Translations under genes and position numbers: made by a program
The notes under the pieces: model-generated
The model's database searches: none
What the model was told of the DNA's origin: nothing
The model's input: only the letters and a program-made list of their open reading frames with translations
Assembly (NCBI GenBank): GCA_040222015.1
Contig: JAVJWO010000067.1
Span: 15,272-79,271, forward strand
Reading direction: 5' to 3'
Origin: Coleofasciculus chthonoplastes F2-STO-03
GTDB taxonomy: Bacteria; Cyanobacteriota; Cyanobacteriia; Cyanobacteriales; Coleofasciculaceae
Length of the DNA: 64,000 nt
Shown: piece after piece, positions 39,201 through 48,426 of the stretch
How positions within the stretch are numbered: position 1 is the stretch's first letter
Layout: every line of letters begins with the position of its first letter

Positions 39201-40656
39201 CAAAGGTAGTGGCATCAATTACAGCGCCGTTGATTGCACTTAAAGAGCCACTATCAATTTCCACTCCTCCAGAATTTCCCTTGGCTCCTAGTTGCACTGT
39301 ACTAAAAACACCACTGGGGAATCCTTGACTATCTTCTCCATTCAATAAAATGCTATCGGTAGCCCGAATTACTATCTTACCTGCATCTCCTTCTCCAAAG
39401 GTAGTGGCATCAATTCGAGCGCCATTGGTTACAGTTAAAGAGCCACTAAAAATTTCCACGCCCCCAGAATTCCCCTTGGCTCCCGGTGCCACTTGACTAA
39501 AAACACCACTAGAGAATCCTTGACTATCTTCTCCATCCAATAAGACGCTATCGGTTGCCCGAATTACTATCTTACCTGCATCTCCTTCTCCTAAAGTAGT
39601 TGCATCAATTTGAGCGCCATTCGTTACAGAAAGTGAGGAAGCTGTAATCCTGACATCTCCTCCTCTTCCTGTGGCTCCAGCTTCAACATTATTACTAATT
39701 ACCCCTTCGGCTACAACCACGGTTCCAGTCGCATCAATAGTGATATCTCCAGCTTGAGCATCGACTGCACCCAAACCTGAAAATATTCCCGCCAAGAGTT
39801 GACTATTGCTAATAAACAAATCTCTAGGATAAATAACAATATCACCTCCACCCGTCGCTGTTACATTAATAATGCTATCAAAAATTGCGATATCGGTTCG
39901 CGCCAAATCCGCTGGAAAATCCAACCCTAAACTCCCCTTATCAACCACTAATCCCAACTCTCCCGGTGCGCCGACTCCTGCTAATTCCACTCTGCCACCG
40001 AAGGCTTCTAAAGTACCACCATCAATTAATAGTTCCCCCGTTGAAGTCGCATCTGGTGCTATATTTCCCCCCACAAGTAACAAGCTTTCTCCCGACGGGA
40101 CAGATAGAGAACCTCTCACCTCAATTGAACTCACTCCTTGAGCCGCCAATTGATTAAAGAAAAGCGCATCTGGGTTAACTGTGAGTAAAGGCGGAGCCTC
40201 GGGTTCAGTTGCACTAAAAACGCCTTGATTGCCAAACCCAATGGCATTAGCTGTAGAGGCGACAAAGGAACCGCCAATATTTAACTGGGCATTCTCGCCA
40301 AAAATAATCCCATTGGGATTAATTAAAAACAGATTTACCGTGCCATTTGCCCGAATTAAGCCATCAATATTCGAGAGAGTCGAACCCGTTACCCGACCCA
40401 AAATATTCTCAATACTCGAAGCATTATCAAAGAATGCGACTCCTCCTGTCGGCACAGAAAACTCTTCAAAACTGTGGAACAGATTTCCTCCTCGCACCGT
40501 TCCCTCTTTTATCAGGCAACTTGGACACCCGGTTACCTGAGAATTGACTGGAAGTGTATTATCCGCCTCAATTTGGCTTTTAGCTGGACTGATTGCTGCC
40601 AGAACGCTAAGGGCGATACTGCTGACACGGCAAAGGTAACGGATGATTGGTTTCAT
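36253..40656 (-). CDS. Filamentous haemagglutinin family exoprotein (TPS domain) with 12 x 65-aa repeats
   Basis: AGGAG SD before ATG 40656; signal peptide; NLFHSFEEF and NPNGIIFG; C-terminal SSFIVTGRGGLP...EAQGW. Confidence 0.92.
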   Translation of the reverse strand: MKPIIRYLCRVSSIALSVLAAISPAKSQIEADNTLPVNSQVTGCPSCLIKEGTVRGGNLFHSFEEFSVPTGGVAFFDNASSIENILGRVTGSTLSNIDGLIRANGTVNLFLINPNGIIFGENAQLNIGGSFVASTANAIGFGNQGVFSATEPEAPPLLTVNPDALFFNQLAAQGVSSIEVRGSLSVPSGESLLLVGGNIAPDATSTGELLIDGGTLEAFGGRVELAGVGAPGELGLVVDKGSLGLDFPADLARTDIAIFDSIINVTATGGGDIVIYPRDLFISNSQLLAGIFSGLGAVDAQAGDITIDATGTVVVAEGVISNNVEAGATGRGGDVRITASSLSVTNGAQIDATTLGEGDAGKIVIRATDSVLLDGEDSQGFSSGVFSQVAPGAKGNSGGVEIFSGSLTVTNGARIDATTFGEGDAGKIVIRATDSILLNGEDSQGFPSGVFSTVQLGAKGNSGGVEIDSGSLSAINGAVIDATTFEEGDAGKIVILATDSILLDGKDSQGFPSGVFSAVASGANGNSGGVEIDSGSLSAINGAVIDATTFAEGDAGKIVIRATDSILLDGKDSQGFPSGVFSTVASGAKGNSGGVNIESGSLTVTNGAQINATSFGEGDAGKIVILATDSILLDGEDSQGFPSGVFSQVEQEAKGNSEGVEIFSGSLSATNGAQIDATTFAEGDAGKIVILATDSIFLDGEDSQGLAGGVFSTVQPGAKGNSEGVEIYSGSLSVTNGALISANTGGEGDAGKVVIRATDSIFLDGEDSQGLAGGVTSQVIPGAEGNSDGVEIFSASLSVTNGALISATTFGEGDAGKIVILATDSILLDGKNSQGLPSGVFSTVQLGAKGNSGGVNIESGSLSTTNGALISASTGGEGDAGKVVIRATDSIFLDGEDSQGFPSGVTSQVEQEAKGNSEGVEIFSSFLSVTNGAVIDATTLGEGDAGKVVIRVTDSILLDGEDSQGFPSGVFSGVTPGAKGNSGGVNIESASLSVTNGARISATTLGEGDAGKIVILATDSILLNGEDSQGNISGVFSTVQPEAKGNSRGVDIESGSLALTNGARIDATTLGEGNAGKIVIRATDSILLDGEDSQGFPSGVFSTVQPEAKGNSRGVEILSGSLTVTNDALISAETRSDTRAGDVSIDAKDFIQLSGDSGIRASATTGGPAGNLDIITQRLSVEDGAQITVSSPSGQAGNLTIGANSLELNQGQVTAETGTSGIEGGANIRLQNLNTLLMTDESLISATAFEDANGGNININSIFLIALPPEGVNGSDIIANAERGDGGRIIINGEGIFGIEERRAIPGNRTNDIDASSQFGGAPGEIQLNVPLDPARGLVELPGELVDVTRLVEQNLCQAAQGSSFIVTGRGGLPTPPHEPLNPEATWEDWRIESESESTANPTQDVETRHGASGEGKVHQQTPDNQPKRIIEAQGWYRDAKGTVILTAEPTRVTPHGNWLSSINCSE
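37250..39590 (-). repeat. 195-bp coding tandem repeat x12
   Basis: The ccttgactat marker recurs every 195 bp; twelve G(D/N)AGK(I/V)VI units in the translation. Confidence 0.92.
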
Positions 40657-41199
40657 TTTTCTCCTATCCTTTGAGTGGGAAGACTGGTTAATTAATATAG
40701 CAGTATAGTGTTTACACTTGAGATGTAAAATCGAGGTCGAGCGTAAAAGGGAACAGGGAACAGGGAACAGGGAACAGTAGCAAGGCACTTCTAGCATTTT
40801 TCTCTCCCTTAAAAAGCTAGCATTGAGTTTTAACATTCATTTGAAAACGCTATAGACACATCGATTAGGACTTGCGGCACCATTGTTCCAGACGCGCCAT
40901 GGCGCGTCTCTACATAAATGATGTATGGCGTTTCTCATAGAACGAGGTGCTTAGGTGTGGGCGCAAGAATGATGCCCATACAGATATTTTGGTGTACATC
41001 ACGTCCTGATAAACGGCTATCTACTTGAATAGAATATACAGTTAATATGTGGTTTACTCAAAATTTTATTCAGTCAGCTTTAGCTGACTTGAGCGTTTAG
41101 CCTTGGGTTTAAACCCAAGGCTGGTTAATGGGACAGGTACAAGATCTGAGTTGAACGTGACTTAATCGGTGTTCTCCTTAACTCAGAGACTTGACGAAC

Positions 41200-43911
41200 T
41201 TAGACAGTGATAAAGTCAGCTGATGTCAATAAACCACTAGAATCCACATAAGCAATGATTTCAGATCCTAAACCAATTCGTGTTCCATTATTCATGGAAA
41301 TACCACTGACTGTACCTGTGTATGAACTCAAACTGTAACTTGACAGTGAGCCATGAATCTGAAGCTTGTCGAACTCAGTTTCACCGGAGAAACTATATCG
41401 GTCGAAATTGTCAATGACAGCGTAATCGAGTCCAGCACCGTTGTAATAGATTGAGCTACTGGTGCCGAGAATAATCCGATCGCTAGCATCATAGTAACCT
41501 GGGTTGATGATATCGATTTCACCCGCACCGTCTAAGATACTGTTGGTTCCGCTCAATGTATCGGAACCGCTGCCCCCAACGAGGGTATCGTTACCCCCTG
41601 CACCAGTGAGCGTATCGTTTCCAGTACCACCATCAAGACTATCGTTACCAAAATTGCTAGAGGAATCATCACCTGTCAGGCGATCATTTCCACTACCACC
41701 GAGTAGAATATCGTTACCCGCTTCTCCTTGGAGGGTATCATTACCTGAACCGCCATCCAAGCGATCGCCAATCGTATCAACAGCACCCAGAGTATCGGAG
41801 TCAAGGTAATCATTGCCGCTACCGCCAATTAGAGTATCCGCACCCCCTTGACCCAATAATCGGTCATTACCTGTACTACCATCTAAGGAATCGCTCCCAG
41901 CACCGCCATCGAGGGTGTCATTCCCCGCATAGCCATAGAGCGTATCGTTTCCAGTACCCCCAGAAAGACTATCGTTGCCAAAATTGATTGAGGAATCATC
42001 TCCTGTCAGGCGATCATTTCCACTACCACCGAGTAAAGTATCGTTACCAGCTTCTCCTCGGAGGGTATCATTACCATCACCGCCATCCAAGCGATCGCCA
42101 ATCGTATCAACAGCACCCAGAGTATCGGAGTCAAGGTAATCATTGCCGCTACCACCAATTAAGGTATCCGCACCCCCTTGACCATAAAGATAATTGTTAG
42201 AACTATTACCACTGATACTGTTGTTGAGGCTGTTGCCTCGTCCGGAAGAAGCCGTGCCAGTCAGTGTCAGATTTTCCAGGTTATTTCCCAGGGTGTAACT
42301 GATCGAGGAATAGACGCGATCGCTGCCTTGGTTGGCGTATTCGACGACTACATCACCTGTAGAATCAACCACGAAGCGGTCATTACCCGTACCGCCATAC
42401 ATGCGATCGCTTCCTGTACCACCCGATAGGTAGTCGTTGCCTGAGCTACCCGATAGGTAATCATTGCCAGCATAGCCGTAGAGGTAATTGTTAGAACTAT
42501 TACCACTGATACTGTTGTTTAGGCTGTTGCCTCGTCCGGAGGAAGCCGTGCCAGTCAGTGTCAGATTTTCCAGGTTATTTCCCAGGGTGTAACTGATCGA
42601 GGAATAGACGCGATCGCTGCCTTGGTTGGCGTATTCTGTAACTGTATCACCTGTAGAATCAACTACGAAACTGTCATTACCCGTACCGCCATACATGCGA
42701 TCGCTGCCTGTGCCACCATTGAGGTAATCATTTCCGGAACTGCCACTGAGGGTGTCGTTGCCTGTGCCGCCATACATGCGATCGCTACCTGTGCCACCAT
42801 TGAGGTAGTCGTTACCTGAGCTACCCGATAGGTAATCATTGCCAGCATAGCCGTAGAGGTAATCATTACCGCCATTGCCGTTCAGGACGTTCCTAGCGCT
42901 GTTACCCTTGATCGTGTCGTTCCCTGAACCGCCGTTGGCGTTTTCGATTAAGGAACGGGCATCGTCTTTATACTGAAGTGCATTAAACACATGACCACGG
43001 GCATCTTTGCCGCTGCCAAGACGGGCACGTTGGGAGTTCCCGCCAACATCAAGGTCAGACCAACCCCCTGGCGCCAGGTTGATTGATAGATTAGTGGTGT
43101 AGTTGGAGAAGTTGTAAGTATCAATCCCGTTACCATCCCAGATTGTGCGGAAGATACGGTTAGCACCTGGTGTACCTTGCCCAACACCATTAACAGACAT
43201 CTCCCCAGTGTCTTTATCAAAGGTGTAAGTCGTGTTGCCGGAATTGTAGCCAAACGATGCACCATACATCTGCTGAATTGCGGCGATGTCGTACATCATC
43301 AGCGACTGGGCATACCCCCATGTCTCATTTGTATATCCGCCAGAGCCTGGATGCCCTACATAAGATTTGTAGGTCATAATCGAGAACTCCATTGAGTCGC
43401 GATTGGAATTCATAGAGACATTGCGAACACCGCCAGTCTCGTGCCCATGTTTCAAGCCCAGTGCATGACCAAGCTCATGTCCAAAGGTGTGATAAGACCA
43501 GTTACCGATTTTCGGGCTGGTTGTTTTGGTTCTGTTAAACCAGGCGTCCCCGGCTTGGACAGTGTTTCTAGGGTAATAAGCGTATGCGGTATTAGGGTCG
43601 TTTGACATTGCCATGCGGATGGTTGCATCGCGATCGCTAGTACCCGTCCGTTCAGAGAAAGTAAGATTGGAAATATTGGCAAATGCCCCTAGCCATTCTC
43701 GCGCCACAGCTCGTTGAGTTGCATTTAACGATTGGAAGCTATCAGCATGATCCGCACGGTCGGGATAACCAGACTCATAGTCATTGATGCTGTTAGTGAA
43801 GCTAAAGCTCACTGAGTTAGATTTCCACTTAGATCCACCTAGTAAGCCATCAATGTTATTGTCGTCGGTTGCTGTTACAGTTGTTGATGGTGTGGGAACT
43901 CCAAAGCTCAT
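41200..43911 (-). CDS. Serralysin-like M10 zinc metalloprotease with RTX Ca-binding repeats
   Basis: HELGHALGLKH zinc motif, SIMTY Met-turn, YDIAAIQQMYG, IENANGGSGND, many GGxGND nonapeptides; no Sec signal; AAGGAG SD; internal 294-bp and 330-bp duplications. Confidence 0.93.
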   Translation of the reverse strand: MSFGVPTPSTTVTATDDNNIDGLLGGSKWKSNSVSFSFTNSINDYESGYPDRADHADSFQSLNATQRAVAREWLGAFANISNLTFSERTGTSDRDATIRMAMSNDPNTAYAYYPRNTVQAGDAWFNRTKTTSPKIGNWSYHTFGHELGHALGLKHGHETGGVRNVSMNSNRDSMEFSIMTYKSYVGHPGSGGYTNETWGYAQSLMMYDIAAIQQMYGASFGYNSGNTTYTFDKDTGEMSVNGVGQGTPGANRIFRTIWDGNGIDTYNFSNYTTNLSINLAPGGWSDLDVGGNSQRARLGSGKDARGHVFNALQYKDDARSLIENANGGSGNDTIKGNSARNVLNGNGGNDYLYGYAGNDYLSGSSGNDYLNGGTGSDRMYGGTGNDTLSGSSGNDYLNGGTGSDRMYGGTGNDSFVVDSTGDTVTEYANQGSDRVYSSISYTLGNNLENLTLTGTASSGRGNSLNNSISGNSSNNYLYGYAGNDYLSGSSGNDYLSGGTGSDRMYGGTGNDRFVVDSTGDVVVEYANQGSDRVYSSISYTLGNNLENLTLTGTASSGRGNSLNNSISGNSSNNYLYGQGGADTLIGGSGNDYLDSDTLGAVDTIGDRLDGGDGNDTLRGEAGNDTLLGGSGNDRLTGDDSSINFGNDSLSGGTGNDTLYGYAGNDTLDGGAGSDSLDGSTGNDRLLGQGGADTLIGGSGNDYLDSDTLGAVDTIGDRLDGGSGNDTLQGEAGNDILLGGSGNDRLTGDDSSSNFGNDSLDGGTGNDTLTGAGGNDTLVGGSGSDTLSGTNSILDGAGEIDIINPGYYDASDRIILGTSSSIYYNGAGLDYAVIDNFDRYSFSGETEFDKLQIHGSLSSYSLSSYTGTVSGISMNNGTRIGLGSEIIAYVDSSGLLTSADFITV

Positions 43912-44096
43912 AGTTGTTTCTCCTTATAACATTAAAGTTCATGGATTGCTGTGTCTGTTGTAAAAATTGAATATTTCCTAGCTATTGTGATGGAGGTTTC
44001 AGGTTTTCTTCCTCCTCCACTTCACTTACAATTGCCATTGTGCTGGTAAAATCAACGGCAGAGTTGAGGAAAAATAGGTAGTATGAAAATTAAGTG

Positions 44097-44134
44097 AATT
44101 CAGGATAATTCAGGATAATTCAGGATAATTCAGG
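44097..44134. promoter_or_regulatory. 10-bp-phased direct repeat AATTCAGG(AT) x4, candidate operator
   Basis: aattcaggat aattcaggat aattcaggat aattcagg, ~185 bp upstream of the RTX protease start. Confidence 0.55.
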
Positions 44135-44271
44135 TTTCAGTCATATATATAGGGTTTACCGGTGTGGTGAGGTACATGATCAGGGCTGGGGATGAGGGCG
44201 CAATGATGGTGTCCCTACAGGGTGTACCTCACGCAATTGAGAACTGCGATAAACCTCCCACGGCTAGGTTG

Positions 44272-44325
44272 TGATAGCTTTTGATATCTTCTGATAGTAA
44301 TAACCCGACTAAAGTTGATACCTAA
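44272..44325 (+). promoter_or_regulatory. 10-bp-phased TGATA array x3 plus an isolated copy, candidate operator
   Basis: TGATAGCTTT TGATATCTTC TGATAGTAAT at 44272-44301 and TGATACC at 44316; same motif as 7380-7419. Confidence 0.55.
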
Positions 44326-44451
44326 CGGGGGGTTCTGCACCAAGAATTCCCTTTTTAATAGACATAGATGAGACACGAAAAGGTAGGGGCACCATCCTTG
44401 CGCCCCCACAGCAGAAACCCTATAACCCCTAACCGTTAAGGATGCTCGACC

Positions 44452-45846
44452 ATGAAATTTAACCGAGAACAGGCAGTACAAATAGCCAAGCAAGTTGTAT
44501 CCGATCAAACCCACCGCAGCTTAACCGATGTTGAAGTAATCGTTCTCAAAGGATCTTGGGATAGACAAGAGTACGATCAAATTGCGGCACAAAATCAATA
44601 TTCGACCAGTTATATCAGTCAAGATGTCGCCCCAAAACTGTGGAAAACCTTAACGGATGCCTTGGGTGAGAGAGTCAAAAAAAGTAACTTAAAACAAGTT
44701 TTAGAGGCATATTGGCAACAGAAAATGGCGGCTACTGACTCAACCAATCCCCTCAGCCAAAATCATAATTATCCTTTGCCTTCAGCCTCCCCAAAACAGC
44801 AAAGTACAGAGTTATGCAAAACCACTCCCGAAGCACCAGCCGCCTTGACACCCGATCGCTATGTGGAGCGCTCTCCCCTAGAAACCATCTGCGCGAAAAC
44901 CCTATCCCAACCGGGGGCGCTAATACGGATTAAAGCACCTAGCCTCATGGGTAAAACCTTTCTCGTGACTCGAGTATTGGCTCAACTCGCCACTCAAGGC
45001 TACCGCATCGCCAGTGTAAGCTTGAAGCTGGCAGATAGCAGCAAACATTTCACCAATTTGGATAAATTCTTACGCTGGTTGTGTATTAATTTGACTCACG
45101 AACTCCATTTACCCAATGAGTTAGACGAGTATTGGGATGAAGACTATATGGGGTCAAAAGTGAGCTGCACCACCTACTTTGAAGACTATCTCTTAGCCCA
45201 AGCCAATACCCCCTTAGTTCTCTGTTTCGATGATGTGGATTTGCTCTTCCCCCATCCCGAAGTTTATGAAGACTTTTTTGGACTCCTGCGTTCCTGGTAT
45301 GAAAAAACCAGGAGTCGCCAGCGCTGGAAAAAATTACGATTAATTATTGTCCATTCAACGGATGTGTATATCCGGTTAAATATTAATCAATCTCCCTTTA
45401 ATGTCGGCTTACCCATAGAACTATCCGATTTTACCCCAGAACAGGTACAAACCTTTGCCCAGTATCATGAATTAGAACCAAATATGAGTCTAATCCAACC
45501 CCTAATGCAGATGGTGGGGGGACATCCCTATCTCTTGGAGCAAGCCTTTGCTCACCTGAAAAATCATCCAGAAATTACCCTAGAGCAGCTCCTAGCAGAA
45601 GCCCCCACGGAATCCGGAATCTACAAGAGCCATTTGCGGGAAAACTGGTTACATCTGCGATCGCATCCTGAACTCGCTACAGCATTTAAACAGGTGGTAA
45701 CCGCAACCATCCCGATCCAACTGGAACCTATATCAGCCTATCAACTCCAAAGCCTGGGATTGATCAAACTATCGGGGAATCAAATAGAGCCGCATTGTAA
45801 CTTATATCGTTTGTATTTTCGTCAGTATTTAGGAGACATTGAATGA
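44452..45846 (+). CDS. AAA_35-family ATPase with an N-terminal HTH-like domain
   Basis: N-terminal LTDVEVIVLKGSW...YDQIAA...PKLWKTLTDALGERVKKSN, an HTH-like module I recognise from cyanobacterial NTPases; IKAPSLMGKT, LVLCFDDVD, INQSPFNVG, MVGGHPYL. Confidence 0.85.
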   Translation: MKFNREQAVQIAKQVVSDQTHRSLTDVEVIVLKGSWDRQEYDQIAAQNQYSTSYISQDVAPKLWKTLTDALGERVKKSNLKQVLEAYWQQKMAATDSTNPLSQNHNYPLPSASPKQQSTELCKTTPEAPAALTPDRYVERSPLETICAKTLSQPGALIRIKAPSLMGKTFLVTRVLAQLATQGYRIASVSLKLADSSKHFTNLDKFLRWLCINLTHELHLPNELDEYWDEDYMGSKVSCTTYFEDYLLAQANTPLVLCFDDVDLLFPHPEVYEDFFGLLRSWYEKTRSRQRWKKLRLIIVHSTDVYIRLNINQSPFNVGLPIELSDFTPEQVQTFAQYHELEPNMSLIQPLMQMVGGHPYLLEQAFAHLKNHPEITLEQLLAEAPTESGIYKSHLRENWLHLRSHPELATAFKQVVTATIPIQLEPISAYQLQSLGLIKLSGNQIEPHCNLYRLYFRQYLGDIE

Positions 45847-48332
45847 ATACTGAACTTCAGCCAACGTACAGGTATCAAATTGGTGGCAGTTTACCCCCAG
45901 ATTCTTCAACCTACGTGGTGCGACAGGCAGATTCAGACTTATTTAACGCCTTATTAGCAGGGGAATATTGCTATGTTCTCAATTCCCGACAAATGGGTAA
46001 ATCCTCCCTGCGAATTCGTACCATGGACAAACTACAAGCCCAAGGAATTGTCTGTGCCGAGATTGAACTCACTGGAATTGGGAGCCAACAGATTACGGCA
46101 CAACAATGGTATGGTGGAATTATTCAAGAACTGATCAGTGGTTTTGACTTGCCGATCAATCGACGCCATTGGTTACGCGATCGCGAGGATCTTTCCCCAG
46201 TACAACGGTTGAGTGAATTTATCGAAACTCTGTTGCAGCAAATCCCCAAAAACATCGTCATTTTTATCGATGAAATTGATAGTATTCTCAGCTTAAACTT
46301 CCTCACCGATGAATTTTTTGCCCTAATCCGCAACTGCTATAATCAGCGAGCCTCTAAACCTGACTATAAACGCCTCACTTTTGCTCTATTAGGCGTCGCC
46401 ACGCCATCGGATTTAATCCAAGATAAAAATGCTACTCCTTTTAACATTGGTCGCGCCATCGAACTCAGAGGCTTCCAATTCCATGAAAGTGGAGCTTTAG
46501 TCGCCGGATTGGTTGGTCGAGCTAATCATCCTCAAGCCCTGTTAAAAGAAATATTATATTGGACAGGAGGACAACCATTTCTGACCCAGAAACTCTGTTG
46601 GCTTATCGCTCAGTCTGGTTTCGTTCAAAGTCAGGAAGTTGACACTATTCCCCCTGGTGAAGAATCCAAATGGGTAAAACAGTTTGTACAAAAGCAGATT
46701 GTCGAACATTGGGAAGCCCATGATGATCCAGAGCATCTAAAAACTATTCGCGATCGGATTTTGCGGAATGCTCGTAACAGTGAAAAATTGCTATTATTAT
46801 GCCAACAAATTCTCCAACATGGAAAAATTGCCGCCATAAATTCTGATGAACAGATGGAATTACGGCTATCGGGAATAGTCACCAAACAAGAGAGTTATTT
46901 ACGAATTTATAATCCTATCTACGAATCTGTCTTTAATTTAAAGTGGGTGAGTGCTAAACTAATCGCATTGAACTCATCCCCAATCCGAGTAGACAAGGCA
47001 ACCGACAAAAAGGCAAAAATTCCCGAAGATATCAAGGAGATTGAGCCGGAATCATGGAACAATCCTCCAGAAGCGATTCCAATTTCCCCAATTCCTGCAT
47101 CGGAGAGCCAAGTATTACCTGTAGACTCGCGGCAAGAACCGTGGTGGTGGGTTGGGTTAAGGGTACTAATCGCCAGTGCGATCGCAACAGGTTTGGTTTT
47201 AGGAGTGCGATCGCGCGGTGGGTTGGAGTCTTGGGAACTTCAAGTCTTTGATCACCTGATGCGGTTACAACCCCAGGAAGAACCCGATGAACGACTTTTA
47301 ATTGTGGAGATTACCGAAAAAGACGTTCAGGCTCAACCCGCAACCGAACGAGTGGGTGCGTCTCTATCGGATCGCGCCTTTGCTCAACTCCTGGCTAAAT
47401 TAGAGTCGTATCAACCCCAAACCATTGGCTTAGACATTTATCGCGATCGCCCTGTAGAGGACAACTATCCAGAGTTAGCCCAAGCCATGGAAACGAGCGA
47501 TCGCTTGTTTACCATTTGCCATTACGGTAATCCTGGGGTGATACCGCCACCGGAAGTGTTAGGCGAACGACAAGGTTTTAATAATGTAATCCTGGATGCT
47601 GATGATATTCTGCGTCGTCATCTTCTCGCGGTTTCTGACGCCTCACCCTGTCAAAATCAATACGCTTTTAGTACACAGGTTGCTAGTCATTACCTAGCTA
47701 CCCAAGGAATTGAGCCGCACCTGAATTCCGACGGGTATCTTCAGCTTGGCTCAACCGTATTTAAAACCTTAGATACAAACCCTGGCGGCTATTCGACGAT
47801 CAAGTCCAGTGGTCACCAAATTTTACTCAATTACCGCGCCACGAATCAGATTGCTGAGAAAATTACGCTTACAGACGTTCTCAATGGTCAACTCAATCCT
47901 GAACAGGTAAAAAATCGTATTGTTCTAATTGGTACCACGGCTCCCAGTTTTAACGATCATCGTTGGTTCACTCCCTACAGTAAAGGAAAAGGAACCGTTC
48001 GAACCATGACGGGGATTGAAATTCAAGCCCAGATGGTCAGTCAAATTCTCAGTGCTGTTTTAGATCAGCGATCGCTAATCTGGTGGTGGTCAGAACCCAT
48101 TGAGATCCTCTGGATTTGCGGCTGGTCTTTAATTGGTGGACTACTTGCCCAAAATTCTCGTTCACTGCAAGGTTTTCTGGTTCAAGGCGGAGTCGCGATC
48201 GCTATTTTATATGGAAGCGGCTGGGTGCTTTTCCTGCAAGGGGGTTGGATACCCCTAGTTCCCGCCGCTTTAGCCTTGGTTATGACTGGAGGTATGCTGA
48301 TTGTTTTATCTCGATTTAAGATTAATCCGTAG
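45843..48332 (+). CDS. AAA_35-family ATPase fused to a membrane CHASE2 sensor domain
   Basis: ATGA overlap with the upstream gene; NSRQMGKSSL, IFIDEIDS, WTGGQPFLTQK; TM helix; IGLDIYRD, DADDILRRHLL, IVLIGTT; three C-terminal TMs. Confidence 0.9.
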   Translation: MNTELQPTYRYQIGGSLPPDSSTYVVRQADSDLFNALLAGEYCYVLNSRQMGKSSLRIRTMDKLQAQGIVCAEIELTGIGSQQITAQQWYGGIIQELISGFDLPINRRHWLRDREDLSPVQRLSEFIETLLQQIPKNIVIFIDEIDSILSLNFLTDEFFALIRNCYNQRASKPDYKRLTFALLGVATPSDLIQDKNATPFNIGRAIELRGFQFHESGALVAGLVGRANHPQALLKEILYWTGGQPFLTQKLCWLIAQSGFVQSQEVDTIPPGEESKWVKQFVQKQIVEHWEAHDDPEHLKTIRDRILRNARNSEKLLLLCQQILQHGKIAAINSDEQMELRLSGIVTKQESYLRIYNPIYESVFNLKWVSAKLIALNSSPIRVDKATDKKAKIPEDIKEIEPESWNNPPEAIPISPIPASESQVLPVDSRQEPWWWVGLRVLIASAIATGLVLGVRSRGGLESWELQVFDHLMRLQPQEEPDERLLIVEITEKDVQAQPATERVGASLSDRAFAQLLAKLESYQPQTIGLDIYRDRPVEDNYPELAQAMETSDRLFTICHYGNPGVIPPPEVLGERQGFNNVILDADDILRRHLLAVSDASPCQNQYAFSTQVASHYLATQGIEPHLNSDGYLQLGSTVFKTLDTNPGGYSTIKSSGHQILLNYRATNQIAEKITLTDVLNGQLNPEQVKNRIVLIGTTAPSFNDHRWFTPYSKGKGTVRTMTGIEIQAQMVSQILSAVLDQRSLIWWWSEPIEILWICGWSLIGGLLAQNSRSLQGFLVQGGVAIAILYGSGWVLFLQGGWIPLVPAALALVMTGGMLIVLSRFKINP

Positions 48333-48426
48333 TGTGAGCATCTTGCTCACGTACACTGCAAGAACGTTGATTTAGTAACCCCAGTTAGCAGTCAAAATAA
48401 TCCAAAATTCTGCCTAATCCTCCATT

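Noticed and set aside
40657..40836. N-terminal extension of the FHA ORF (also of the ORFs starting at 15418, 24950, 26651, 60344 and 61393)
   Set aside because: The extension runs through repeat or intergenic sequence; downstream ATGs give proper SD sites, signal peptides or family N-termini.
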